A stretch of 64,000 nt of DNA from Anaerolineales bacterium. GTDB taxonomy: Bacteria > Chloroflexota > Anaerolineae > Anaerolineales > UBA4823. Position numbers and translations under genes: made by a program. Shown here in pieces: positions 24,553 to 33,860 of the stretch. The stretch's first letter is position 1. Every line of letters begins with the position of its first letter. The notes under the pieces are model-generated. The model worked only from the letters and a program-made list of their open reading frames with translations, ran no database searches and was not told the origin of the DNA. Where the stretch lies: positions 6,588 to 70,587 of the forward strand of contig JBGSTO010000706.1 of assembly GCA_041736465.1 (NCBI GenBank), given 5' to 3'.

Positions 24553-25536
24553 ATGAGCGTTCGATCCTTCGACTGGCGTGATCTTCCGGCTTTGTACCGC
24601 CTCCGCAAAGAGAGCGTCTATCTTCACAACGCGCTTGTGTTGACGCGCGGCCCCATGCTGCTCTCGGGAGCAGTGTTTTCTTCATTGATGCCCGGCGGCG
24701 GCCTCTACACGGCAATTTGCGATGGCAATGATGGAACAGGCGATCTTGTGATCGGGCAGATCATCCATATGAGCGGCTCTCAGGTCGCACAGCTTACCTT
24801 TCTTGCTCCGGAGCCAGACCCTGCCGGGACCAATCTGTCAGGCTTGCTTGAGTTTTTTGCTTCCCAAGTGGTGGTGCGCGGCGCTTTCCGCCTGCTCGCA
24901 GATGTGGACGAGCATAGCTTTGTGTTTGAATCGCTGCGCCAGGCGGGTTTTGCCATCTACGCGCGCCAACGCGTCTGGCAGTTGAACCAGCATGGGGCCG
25001 GGCAGGTGCAGGCTCCTGGATGGGATACCGCCGTTGATCGAGATCTGATCTCGGTGCGCTCGCTGTACAACAACCTGGTCCCGGGGTTGGTGCAGCAGGT
25101 CGAGCCTTTCCCGGCTGAGCGGCTGCACGGGCTGGTTTACCGCCACGGGGATGACGTGCTGGCTTACGTAGAGTTGAAATATGGACATCGCGGCATTTGG
25201 GCGCAGCCTTTCGTCCATCCGGATGCCGAGGAAGCCATTGACCGGTTGGTAGATCTGCTGCAAGAGTTGTCTTATCGCCGCTCTCGTCCGATCTACCTGT
25301 GCATTCGCTCCTATGAATCCTGGTTAGAGCCGGCTGTAGAGGCTCTCGGCGCCCAGCCGGGTCCGCGCCAGGCGGTGATGGTACGCCACCTGGCTGTACC
25401 TCAAAAAGCATTACGACCCTATGCACTGCCAGCTTTGGAAGGTGGTTCACCAGAAATGACCGCACCCATCGCTCGTGTGCAAAATGTTATTGCGGAGAAG
25501 ACAGGATCTTATGTCACAAAAGCGGATAACAGATGA
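24553..25536 (+). CDS. Hypothetical protein, possibly with tandem GNAT-like folds
   Basis: 327 aa. Segments such as RLLADVDEHSFVFESLRQAGFAIYARQRVW resemble the C-terminal strands of acetyltransferase folds. No acetyl-CoA motif is seen clearly. Confidence 0.45.
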   Translation: MSVRSFDWRDLPALYRLRKESVYLHNALVLTRGPMLLSGAVFSSLMPGGGLYTAICDGNDGTGDLVIGQIIHMSGSQVAQLTFLAPEPDPAGTNLSGLLEFFASQVVVRGAFRLLADVDEHSFVFESLRQAGFAIYARQRVWQLNQHGAGQVQAPGWDTAVDRDLISVRSLYNNLVPGLVQQVEPFPAERLHGLVYRHGDDVLAYVELKYGHRGIWAQPFVHPDAEEAIDRLVDLLQELSYRRSRPIYLCIRSYESWLEPAVEALGAQPGPRQAVMVRHLAVPQKALRPYALPALEGGSPEMTAPIARVQNVIAEKTGSYVTKADNR

Positions 25537-27211
25537 TTTGCAGGCGCTGTTTGATGTTCTACCGCCAGATGTTCAAAAATCGGTGCGCAAGGCAAACGAT
25601 GAAGCCAATTTGCTGGAAGTAATCCTCGACCTTGGGCGTGTGCCGACGGCGCGATTTGTCGATCGTGAGATTGTGCTGTTATCTACAGAGGTAACTCGAG
25701 CAGAAATCGATTACGTTGTCGAGCGCATTGGCGAGTTCGATGCCGACAATCGTGCCGGCATGGAGCGCACGCTGCACCGCATCTCAGCCATCCGCAACCG
25801 GCGCGGGCATATCGTGGGGCTTACCTGCCGGGTAGGCCGCGCGGTTTATGGCACTACGGATGTCATCAAAGATTTGATCGAGAGCGGAAAGAGCCTGCTT
25901 CTTTTGGGCCGTCCGGGCGTCGGCAAAACCACGATGCTGCGGGAAGCGGCGCGCATGCTGGCGGAATCTAAACGTGTGGTGATTGTGGATACGTCCAACG
26001 AGATTGGCGGCGACGGCGATGTTCCGCACCCGGCAGTCGGTCGTGCCCGGCGTATGCAAGTCGCCAAGCCTTCGCTCCAACACGAAGTCATGATTGAAGC
26101 GGTAGAAAACCACAACCCAGAGGCCATCGTGATCGACGAGATCGGCCGCGAGCTCGAAGCCGCAGCAGCCCGCACGATTGGTGAGCGCGGCGTACAATTA
26201 ATCGGAACAGCGCATGGAAATTCGCTGGAGAATTTGCTGATCAATCCGACATTATCTGACCTGGTAGGAGGAATCGAATCGGTGACGCTCTCGGACGAAG
26301 AGGCGCGCCGGCGCGGCACCCAAAAAACAGTTTTGGAGCGGCGCTCTCCCCCTACCTTTGATGTGCTCATCGAAATTCAAAATCGGGATACATTTGCTGT
26401 GCACACCGATGTAGCCGAGGCGGTTGATTCCGTACTGCGCGGCTACCCGCAGCCCCCTGAAATTCGCATTCGCGATGACAGCGGCGGTTTCCATGTGGAA
26501 AAAGCGCCCATCGCGCCGGGCATTTTTGCCACCCAGGGACGTCCAGGCAGCAGCCGCCGCCAGGGCAACGGCGGGAACTACGACCGTGGCGGAAACTACG
26601 ACCGCGGCGGCAGCTATGAACGCGGCGGGCAGGAGCGCAGCGAGTCCGATCGAGGCGGTTACACTCGCGAGGAAGTAAGTGGGCACGGGAATGAGCGCAG
26701 CTCACGCTTTTCGCAGGAAGCCGCCCCTGCTGGGCGCTCATCGCTGCAAACCATCCGCATTTATCCTTACGGCGTTGCCCGCAATCGCCTGATTCAGGCA
26801 GCCAAGCGTCTGGGGGTGCCGGCATTGATCGTCAATGAACCGGCTGAAGCCGAAGTGCTGGTCACGCTGCGTTCTTACTACCGCAACCGGCAGCGCACAA
26901 TCATGGATGCTGAGAACCGGGGCATGCCGATCTACGTGCTGCGCGCCAACACGGTCAACCAGATGCAGCAGTTCTTGAGCGACCTTTTCAACCTGACTAC
27001 AGTGGCGATGGACGACCGCGGCGAAGATGGTGTGCGCAACGAAACTCAGGCTGCCATCGAAGCTGTAATGAATGGAGAACGTTGGGTCGAACTGCAGCCG
27101 GCTTCGGCTTCCATCCGCCGCCTGCAGCACCAGATGGCCCGGCAGGCAAACCTTCATTCGCACTCCTACGGCAAGGAACCGCGCCGCAGGGTGCGTATTT
27201 TTCGTGAATGA
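25511..27211 (+). CDS. Ycf45/SpoIIIAA-like AAA ATPase with a C-terminal R3H nucleic-acid-binding domain
   Basis: Walker A is LLLLGRPGVGKTTMLRE and Walker B is IVIDEIG. The GTAHG motif is present. A Gly/Arg/Tyr-rich repeat linker is followed by a C-terminal R3H-like LHSHSYGKEPRRRVRIF. ATG 25511 overlaps the upstream gene by 26 nt. Confidence 0.8.
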   Translation: MSQKRITDDLQALFDVLPPDVQKSVRKANDEANLLEVILDLGRVPTARFVDREIVLLSTEVTRAEIDYVVERIGEFDADNRAGMERTLHRISAIRNRRGHIVGLTCRVGRAVYGTTDVIKDLIESGKSLLLLGRPGVGKTTMLREAARMLAESKRVVIVDTSNEIGGDGDVPHPAVGRARRMQVAKPSLQHEVMIEAVENHNPEAIVIDEIGRELEAAAARTIGERGVQLIGTAHGNSLENLLINPTLSDLVGGIESVTLSDEEARRRGTQKTVLERRSPPTFDVLIEIQNRDTFAVHTDVAEAVDSVLRGYPQPPEIRIRDDSGGFHVEKAPIAPGIFATQGRPGSSRRQGNGGNYDRGGNYDRGGSYERGGQERSESDRGGYTREEVSGHGNERSSRFSQEAAPAGRSSLQTIRIYPYGVARNRLIQAAKRLGVPALIVNEPAEAEVLVTLRSYYRNRQRTIMDAENRGMPIYVLRANTVNQMQQFLSDLFNLTTVAMDDRGEDGVRNETQAAIEAVMNGERWVELQPASASIRRLQHQMARQANLHSHSYGKEPRRRVRIFRE

Positions 27212-27235
27212 CCCGGGGAGCAGGCGCGCCTGATC

Positions 27236-27883
27236 ATGTTTATTACTTTCGAAGGCCCTGAAGGCAGCGGTAAAACGACCCAGATCTGCAATCTGGCAGA
27301 ATATTTGCGCCAGAAGGGATTTAACGTCCTGCACACGCGCGAGCCGGGCGGAACAGGTATCGGCGACCAGATACGCTCGGTCTTGTTCGACATGCAGAAC
27401 AAAGCCATGCACCCGCGCGCCGAGATCCTGCTCTTTCAGGCCTCCCGGGCACAGCTCGTGGAGCAAGTCATTCGCCCGTATTTGCAATCGGGGGGGGTGG
27501 TGCTGTGCGATCGCTACGCCGACTCAACCCTGGCTTACCAGGGATATGGGCACCAGTTCGATCTGGACACCCTGGCTGAAATTGTCAGTTTTGCCACGGG
27601 AGGCTTGAAACCCGACCTGACCTTACTTCTCGATCTGGATGTGGAAGAGGGCCTGGGACGGCGCGCTCAGGGAGGCGGCTGGAACCGCCTGGATGCTTAC
27701 GAATTGGAATTTCACCGGCGGGTGCGGCAAGGCTTTTTAGCCCTGGCCCGGCAGGAACCCCATCGCTGGGTCAGGATCGATGCTGCGCAGCCGCCCGATA
27801 GCGTGCAGGCGGCAGTGCGCGCCGTCGTGCTGGATCGCCTGGCTGTGGCAGGATACCCGCCAGGCGTAGAGAGCCGGCTATAG
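27236..27883 (+). CDS. tmk: Thymidylate kinase
   Basis: MFITFEGPEGSGKTTQ, TREPGGT, DRYADSTLAYQG. Confidence 0.92.
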   Translation: MFITFEGPEGSGKTTQICNLAEYLRQKGFNVLHTREPGGTGIGDQIRSVLFDMQNKAMHPRAEILLFQASRAQLVEQVIRPYLQSGGVVLCDRYADSTLAYQGYGHQFDLDTLAEIVSFATGGLKPDLTLLLDLDVEEGLGRRAQGGGWNRLDAYELEFHRRVRQGFLALARQEPHRWVRIDAAQPPDSVQAAVRAVVLDRLAVAGYPPGVESRL

Positions 27884-28264
27884 ATCATCCCCGCCGCCAG
27901 CATCCCCCCCCAGGTCCGGGATGGCTTGTTCGATTTCGTCCGGTGACTGTCCGGATTCCAAACGGCCAACCACCTCGTCGAATTCTGGCCCCAGCTCTTC
28001 CCCCATCTCGCGGCTCATCTCGCGCATCATTCGCCCCATTGCCTTGGGATCGTCTTCCAGCCCATCTAACATCGATGGATCTGACAGCGATTCCATGCGG
28101 CTGTCTTCGGACCGGGCGACGCGCACACGCGTGATTCTGCGCTGCACCTGATCGCTCTGGCAGTGTGGGCAGTGCACGCGGCGTGTGCCGTACTCACAGA
28201 AAGTCATGAAAACATCAAAACGTTTGCGGCATTTCAAGCAGGTGTAAGGATAGGTTGGCATCAT
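27878..28264 (-). CDS. FmdB-family zinc-ribbon protein with an acidic tail
   Basis: MPTYPYTCLKCRKRFDV...VHCPHCQSDQVQR is the CxxC...CxxC pattern typical of FmdB/CxxC_CxxC_SSSS. Its stop codon abuts the tmk stop (CTATAG). Confidence 0.75.
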   Translation of the reverse strand: MMPTYPYTCLKCRKRFDVFMTFCEYGTRRVHCPHCQSDQVQRRITRVRVARSEDSRMESLSDPSMLDGLEDDPKAMGRMMREMSREMGEELGPEFDEVVGRLESGQSPDEIEQAIPDLGGDAGGGDDL

Positions 28265-28331
28265 TTACCTCCAGACGTAGGTACTTTCGAATTATAATCA
28301 GTGGGCATAATTTTTGGGAGCTTAGATATCT

Positions 28332-28955
28332 ATGAGTGAAACTGGTGAATTCAAACCGGATCGTTTCGAGCCATTGCTGATCGTGATTTCAGGTCCTTCA
28401 GGGGCGGGCAAGGACAGTGTCATCGCGCGGATGAAAGAGTGCGGGCTGCCCTTTCACTTTGTAGTCACAGCTACTACTCGCCCGAAGCGCGAGAACGAGC
28501 GCCACGGCGTGGACTATTTGTTCTACTCGCGCAGCGAATTTGCCGAAATGATCGACCGGGATGAGCTGCTGGAATATGCCATTGTGTATGAGGATTATAA
28601 AGGCATACCGAGGGCACAGGTGCGGGAAGCGCTGCAGAGCGGGCAGGATGTGATCATGCGCGTGGATGTGCAGGGGGCGGCAACCATCCGTGAGAAGGCG
28701 CCGCAGGCGGTGCTGATATTTCTGACCACAGTGAGCGAGGATGCACTCGTACGGCGCCTGGTCGAAAGACGCACCGATCCGCCGGACCAATTGAAGCTGC
28801 GCATCGCCATGGCTCGCCAGGAAATGAAGCGTATTGAAGAATTCGATTACGTGGTGATCAACCATGATAGCCACCTGAAAGAAACGGTGGACGTGATCGC
28901 TGCGATTATCCAGGCAGAACACCACAAGGTCCACCACCGGCAGGTGCAGTTATAA
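28332..28955 (+). CDS. gmk: Guanylate kinase
   Basis: LLIVISGPSGAGKDS, TTRPKRENERHGVDYLF, YAIVYEDYKGIP. Confidence 0.92.
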   Translation: MSETGEFKPDRFEPLLIVISGPSGAGKDSVIARMKECGLPFHFVVTATTRPKRENERHGVDYLFYSRSEFAEMIDRDELLEYAIVYEDYKGIPRAQVREALQSGQDVIMRVDVQGAATIREKAPQAVLIFLTTVSEDALVRRLVERRTDPPDQLKLRIAMARQEMKRIEEFDYVVINHDSHLKETVDVIAAIIQAEHHKVHHRQVQL

Positions 28956-28956
28956 A

Positions 28957-29070
28957 CTGGTCGCGCTTCATGGGCCACGCACATGGATGTCACCCTGAGG
29001 GAGCGTACTGTGCGACCGAAGGGTCTACCCGGCTGGCGGGCAAGATTCTTCGCTACGCTCAGAATGACAT
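28957..29070 (-). repeat. REP/MITE-like palindromic repeat, copy A (inverted relative to copies B and C)
   Basis: CTGGTCGCGCTTCATGGGCCACGCACATGGATGTCACCCTGAGGGAGCG...CGCTACGCTCAGAATGACA aligns base for base, with a few substitutions and a longer centre, to the reverse complement of 40561-40652. Confidence 0.75.
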
Positions 29071-29089
29071 ATCAATATAGGAGTATAGA

Positions 29090-30100
29090 ATGCGCATCCT
29101 GGTCACCGGAGGGGCGGGTTATATCGGCAGCCATACCTGCATAGAGCTGCTCAATGCAGGATTTGATGTCGTGGTTGTAGACAACCTGGCTAACAGTAAG
29201 GAAGAATCCATCCGCCGCGTACAGGCCATTGCCGGCAGATCGGTAGAATTTCACAAAGTCGATCTGCTGGATGAGGCCGCCCTGGAAGCAGTGTTTCAAA
29301 GCTCTGCGATCGATGCTGTCATTCACTTCGCCGGTCTGAAGGCAGTGGGAGAGTCGGTGGCGCAGCCGCTGCGCTACTACCACAACAACCTGACCGGTAC
29401 GCTGGTATTGTGGCGGGTGATGGAACGGGCGGGTGTAAAAGACATCGTGTTTAGCTCATCCTGCACCGTGTACGGCGAACCGCAGCGCGTGCCGGTGACT
29501 GAAGACTTCCCTCGTTCGTTCACCAACCCCTACGGGCACACCAAGTTGGTGATCGAGGATATGTTCTTCAGCCTGTACAAAGCCGATCCCTCCTGGAATG
29601 CCATCTTGCTGCGCTACTTCAATCCGGTCGGCGCGCATCCCAGCGGGCGCATCGGCGAAGACCCGCAGGGCATCCCCAACAATTTGCTGCCCTACATCTC
29701 GCAGGTGGCAGTGGGACGCTTGCGCGAGCTGTCGGTCTTTGGCGGTGATTATCCGACCCGGGACGGTACCGGGGTGCGAGATTATATCCATGTGGTCGAC
29801 CTGGCGCAGGGGCACCTGAAAGCGCTGGCGAAACTGCCGCAGAAACCGGGGGTAATTGCTTACAACCTGGGCACCGGCAGCGGCTATACTGTCCTGGAAG
29901 TCATTCAGGCTTTCGAAGAAGCCAGCGGGATCAAAATCCCCTACCGGATCGTGAATCGCCGGCCCGGTGATGTCGCTGAATCCTATGCCGACCCCAGCCT
30001 GGCAGAACGAGAGTTGGGGTGGAAGGCCAATCTGGACATCAACGCCATGTGCACGGATGTCTGGCGCTGGCAGTCGACAAATCCGCAGGGGTACGAGTAG
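29090..30100 (+). CDS. galE: UDP-glucose 4-epimerase
   Basis: [15 protein letters not shown], the SSS.TVYG and YGHTK (YxxxK) motifs, and a length of 336 aa. Confidence 0.92.
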   Translation: MRILVTGGAGYIGSHTCIELLNAGFDVVVVDNLANSKEESIRRVQAIAGRSVEFHKVDLLDEAALEAVFQSSAIDAVIHFAGLKAVGESVAQPLRYYHNNLTGTLVLWRVMERAGVKDIVFSSSCTVYGEPQRVPVTEDFPRSFTNPYGHTKLVIEDMFFSLYKADPSWNAILLRYFNPVGAHPSGRIGEDPQGIPNNLLPYISQVAVGRLRELSVFGGDYPTRDGTGVRDYIHVVDLAQGHLKALAKLPQKPGVIAYNLGTGSGYTVLEVIQAFEEASGIKIPYRIVNRRPGDVAESYADPSLAERELGWKANLDINAMCTDVWRWQSTNPQGYE

Positions 30101-30128
30101 CCCTGCCGCTTCGATTTTGAGAAACGGC

Positions 30129-30156
30129 TTGACGCCTGGGAATCCTGTTCTATAAT
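30129..30156 (+). promoter_or_regulatory. Near-consensus promoter for the acyl-CoA ligase gene
   Basis: TTGACG (30129-30134), a 16-nt spacer, then TATAAT (30151-30156). This leaves a leader of about 130 nt before ATG 30291. Confidence 0.55.
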
Positions 30157-30290
30157 CATACCAATCCCATCAATTTAGTATCTATCCGAAATTAGAGTTG
30201 GGTGCGTGTGCAGCCCGCAGCCAAAGCCCCAACACCCTCAAAAATTCCGGATAGGCTCTTCCTCTATACCCTGCGTCAGGAGGTCTTTGT

Positions 30291-31916
30291 ATGCAGTCGC
30301 TGATGATGGATTACCCACTCGTCCTGACACCCCTGCTTCATCGTGCAAAACGCTTGTTCGGCTCGAAAACGATCGTCACCAAGGCTGGCCCGGGCATGGA
30401 GAGGTACACCTATGCCGACATGGTAGAACGGGTTGGGCGTCTGGCAAATGCCCTGGAGAGGCTGGGCGTTCGCCGCACCGACCGCGTGGCAACGTTTGCC
30501 TTTAACAACTCGCGCCATATGGAGCTGTACTTTGCCGCGCCGTGCATGGGCGCCGTGCTGCACCCATTGAACCTGCGCCTGCCTCCCGAACAGTTGATTT
30601 ATATCGTCAACCATGCTGAGGATAAGGTGCTGTTTCTGGATCCCCAGCTTCTGCCCGCAATCGAGAAACTGGCGCCCCATTTTCGTACGGTGAAACATTT
30701 CGTGGTGATGGGCGCCAGCGTGCCCCCAACCAGCCTCAGCCCGGTCAGCGCGTACGAGGATCTATTGAGCGAGGTCGGCCCGGAATATCCCTGGCCCAAT
30801 TTAGACGAGCGGGATGCGGCTGCCATGTGCTATACCTCGGGAACTACCGGCAATCCCAAAGGGGTGGTGTATTCGCACCGCTCGATTTTCTTGCACAGCC
30901 TGGGTTTGAGCATGACCGACTCGTTTGGGCTTTCTGAGCGGGACATTTTTATGCCGGTTGTGCCGATGTTCCACGTGCTGGCCTGGGGCACGCCCTTCGC
31001 CGCCGCGATGCTTGGAACCAACCTGGTATTTCCTGGCGCGCACATGACGCCGCGCGATCTGGCGGAATTGATCCAGTCGGAACGGGTTACCTTGACGGCA
31101 GGCGTGCCCACATTGTGGTTAGGGCTTCTGCACCTGCTGGAAAATGAGCGCTATGATCTGAGCAGTTTGCGCGGCATGATTGTAGGGGGCGCGGCTGCCC
31201 CGCAGTGGATGATCGAGGCCTACGAGAAGAAGCACGGACTGACCGTCATGCATGCCTGGGGCATGACAGAGCTTTCACCTTTAGGCACGGTCAGCCGTTT
31301 GAAGAGCTATCAAATGGATCAGCCGGAGGAAGAACGGTTCAAGCTGCGCGCCAAGCAGGGCATGCCTGTGCCGGGAGTTGAAATTCGCGGCATGGATGAA
31401 GCCGGACAGGAAATCCCCTGGGACGGCGAGGCCTATGGCGAGCTGGAAGTGCGCGGCCCCTGGGTCATCAGCAGCTACTACAACGATGATCGCTCGCCCG
31501 AGTCGTTTCATGATGGCTGGTTCCGCACCGGCGATGTGGTCACGATTGATCCGGATGGCTTTATCCAGATCGTCGATCGCACCAAGGATTTGATTAAGAG
31601 CGGCGGGGAATGGATTTCCAGTCAGGAGCTGGAGAATGCCATTATGTCTCACCCCAAAGTGTTGGAGGCGGCGGTTATCGCCGTGTACCATCCGAAATGG
31701 CAGGAGCGGCCTCTTGCCTGCGTGGTGCCCAAATCGGACTTCAAAGACAGCCTGGGCAGGGAGGAGCTGTACGAATATCTGCGCCCGCTCCTTCCAGGCA
31801 TGTATTTGCCGGACGATATCATATTCATCGAGGCTGTACCGAAGACCAGCGTGGGCAAGTTCGACAAAAAAGTCTTGAGAGCACAGTATAAAGAATACAT
31901 CCTCCCCCAGAGCTGA
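30291..31916 (+). CDS. Fatty-acid--CoA ligase (AMP-dependent synthetase/ligase family)
   Basis: The AMP-binding motif is [18 protein letters not shown]. Also present are [13 protein letters not shown] and a C-terminal [11 protein letters not shown]. Confidence 0.9.
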   Translation: MQSLMMDYPLVLTPLLHRAKRLFGSKTIVTKAGPGMERYTYADMVERVGRLANALERLGVRRTDRVATFAFNNSRHMELYFAAPCMGAVLHPLNLRLPPEQLIYIVNHAEDKVLFLDPQLLPAIEKLAPHFRTVKHFVVMGASVPPTSLSPVSAYEDLLSEVGPEYPWPNLDERDAAAMCYTSGTTGNPKGVVYSHRSIFLHSLGLSMTDSFGLSERDIFMPVVPMFHVLAWGTPFAAAMLGTNLVFPGAHMTPRDLAELIQSERVTLTAGVPTLWLGLLHLLENERYDLSSLRGMIVGGAAAPQWMIEAYEKKHGLTVMHAWGMTELSPLGTVSRLKSYQMDQPEEERFKLRAKQGMPVPGVEIRGMDEAGQEIPWDGEAYGELEVRGPWVISSYYNDDRSPESFHDGWFRTGDVVTIDPDGFIQIVDRTKDLIKSGGEWISSQELENAIMSHPKVLEAAVIAVYHPKWQERPLACVVPKSDFKDSLGREELYEYLRPLLPGMYLPDDIIFIEAVPKTSVGKFDKKVLRAQYKEYILPQS

Positions 31917-31933
31917 TTTTTATTGAATAACAC

Positions 31934-31969
31934 CGCCGGGCGGCTGCCCCAAAGGGCAGCCGCCCGGCG
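31934..31969. terminator. Bidirectional GC-rich hairpin terminator
   Basis: CGCCGGGCGGCTGCCC (31934-31949) pairs perfectly with GGGCAGCCGCCCGGCG (31954-31969). It lies between convergent genes. Confidence 0.7.
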
Positions 31970-31993
31970 TGTATTTAACGGTTTTCCAGCTCC

Positions 31994-32785
31994 TCACGCT
32001 GAATGAGGGCGGAATTCTGGTGTGCGCTTCTCCATGAAAGCAGCCACTCCCTCCTGGTGCTCAGGACGGCGCGCGGCGATATCCTGCAGGTGGGCTTCGT
32101 AGTCCAATACGTCTTCCAGGTTGGGCAGCACGGCCCGGTTGAAAGCCCGCTTGGCAAGCCCAAATGCGCCTGCAGGGCCCAGGCTCAGCGCCTGGGCGTA
32201 TACCCTTGCCTGGGATTCTAACTCGGCGGCAGGCACCACCCGGTTCACCATTCCCCACGCAAGCGCCTGCTCTGCGCTGATCGGCAGATTGGAAAAAGCA
32301 AACTCGGTTGCCCGCCCCAATCCAATCAAAGCCGGCAAGAGCAGCGATACGGCTGAGTCTGGCGCCAGGCCGATCCCCAGGAACCCGACCACGAAGCGGG
32401 CGCTGCCGGCTGCAATGCGCAGATCGCATGCCAGCGCGATCCCCAGCGCCGCGCCGGATACCGACCCATGGATTGCTGCAACCACTGGTTTCTCGATCTG
32501 GCGCAGCTGCAGGATCAACGGGTTATAGGTGCGCTGCAGATGCTCGCGGAAAGATGTGCCCTGCGCCTGCTGAATTTCAAACAGGTCCTGCCCGGCGCTG
32601 AATGCCGGCCCACGCGCCGCCAGCAGCACGCAGCGCACCTGAGGGTTGCCGGCGGCCTGGCGGAGCGCCTTTTGCAGCGCCTGGGTCAAGGCGGCGTTGA
32701 ACGCATTCACTTTAGGCCGGTTGAGGGTCAGGGTTAACACCCCATCGTTTAAATCGGAGAGTAAGATCGATTCGCTATCTGTCAT
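31994..32785 (-). CDS. Enoyl-CoA hydratase/isomerase (crotonase family)
   Basis: LTLNRPKVNAFN, FSAGQDL, AAIHGSVSGAALGIALACD. I placed the start at ATG 32785 (MTDSES), preceded by GGAGG. The track ORF extends to 32899. Confidence 0.85.
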   Translation of the reverse strand: MTDSESILLSDLNDGVLTLTLNRPKVNAFNAALTQALQKALRQAAGNPQVRCVLLAARGPAFSAGQDLFEIQQAQGTSFREHLQRTYNPLILQLRQIEKPVVAAIHGSVSGAALGIALACDLRIAAGSARFVVGFLGIGLAPDSAVSLLLPALIGLGRATEFAFSNLPISAEQALAWGMVNRVVPAAELESQARVYAQALSLGPAGAFGLAKRAFNRAVLPNLEDVLDYEAHLQDIAARRPEHQEGVAAFMEKRTPEFRPHSA

Positions 32786-32908
32786 CGGACCTCCACTGCT
32801 TGTCTGCTGAAACGAGTCTAGCATAAAATCCTGCGCCTGCGCAGCCAGGGTTAAAAAAGACGTCCCGAGCGGTTGGCTCGGGACGTTGTTGTTTACCATT
32901 CACGGGCA

Positions 32909-33292
32909 CTAGAAAGGATTTGCATGCCCGTCATCATAGTCGACGTCGTCTGCCTCGTCGTCTTCGTAATCCAGCTCTAGCTCAACCTCTTCGTCATCCA
33001 GCCGCAGCCAAAGGATAAGAATCTGCCCTTCATCCACGTCCAGGGTACGAGCAGCTACAATCGGCGCCTCCTGCTGCAAACCATCTTCGGTGCGGTATTC
33101 CAGGTGGATCGGCTGGTGATTGCGCCAGGCGCGATGGCAGCGCTCGACTAAAGAGGGGCCGTTATACGTGCGTAAACGGGTTACGGCGATATCATTAAGG
33201 ATTGGCCCTTCACTCAGACCCAGCGCCCAGCCGTCTGGTACAGCTTCGAAGGTGGGCGGAGGCCCCTCGATAATTGTAATTTTATCTTCCAT
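32909..33292 (-). CDS. Small, strongly acidic hypothetical protein
   Basis: ATG 33292 is preceded by GGAGG with a 6-nt spacer. It is 127 aa. The C-terminus is LDDEEVELELDYEDDEADDVDYDDGHANPF. I recognise no domain. Confidence 0.55.
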   Translation of the reverse strand: MEDKITIIEGPPPTFEAVPDGWALGLSEGPILNDIAVTRLRTYNGPSLVERCHRAWRNHQPIHLEYRTEDGLQQEAPIVAARTLDVDEGQILILWLRLDDEEVELELDYEDDEADDVDYDDGHANPF

Positions 33293-33326
33293 AGCAACCT
33301 CCAAGTTAGACAAATCATACCATGAA

Positions 33327-33860
33327 TCATACAGAGTAACACCTGATGCTTATGATAGGTTCGTTAAGAAGTGCCGCTGTGGGAGAAACTTCGCCTGAAG
33401 GATAGAGCCGTTCGCATGCGGCAGCACCTACCACGGCGCCTCCCGGTGAACCAATCCCACCTGCAGCTCCTGAAATCGTCCCTGATCCATGGCCATGCGC
33501 CACCTCCCCTGGCTGGTCGACAGACATCGCCTGTACCATCCTGGCCAGATTCAGCAGCTCTGTCACCCCTGCCAACAGGGTTTCGCTGTCGCTTTCGAGC
33601 GCAATTCCCTGCTCAGTTGTATAATTTTCTATAGGAACAGCCCAGGACCAGGGAATGCCGCCTGGTTGCCCATACGGAGGCATCACGATCCAGCGCCGCT
33701 CTGAATAAGCTGCATGCCCGGCCTGGCGCAGCACCTTTACAATTTGCCCATTCAGGGGATGGTGGGCGTGGATGACCCGCACGAATCCGATAGGCCGCGA
33801 CTCGTTGGGTGTTTTTTTGTTGATTGCAACCCGATCAGATACATTGATCCTTCTGGGCAT
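33327..33860 (-). CDS. DUF5372 (Y4bD/Y4pK)-like protein, a possible remnant of a recombinase-associated mobile element
   Basis: VRVIHAHHPLNGQIVKVLRQ...ERRWIVMPPYGQPGGIPWSWAVP matches my recollection of the DUF5372 pattern (HPxHPLxGQ...RRW...G...IPxxW). Its 5' end overlaps the toxin-tip motif on the other strand, so the true start is unclear. Confidence 0.4.
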   Translation of the reverse strand: MPRRINVSDRVAINKKTPNESRPIGFVRVIHAHHPLNGQIVKVLRQAGHAAYSERRWIVMPPYGQPGGIPWSWAVPIENYTTEQGIALESDSETLLAGVTELLNLARMVQAMSVDQPGEVAHGHGSGTISGAAGGIGSPGGAVVGAAACERLYPSGEVSPTAALLNEPIISIRCYSV

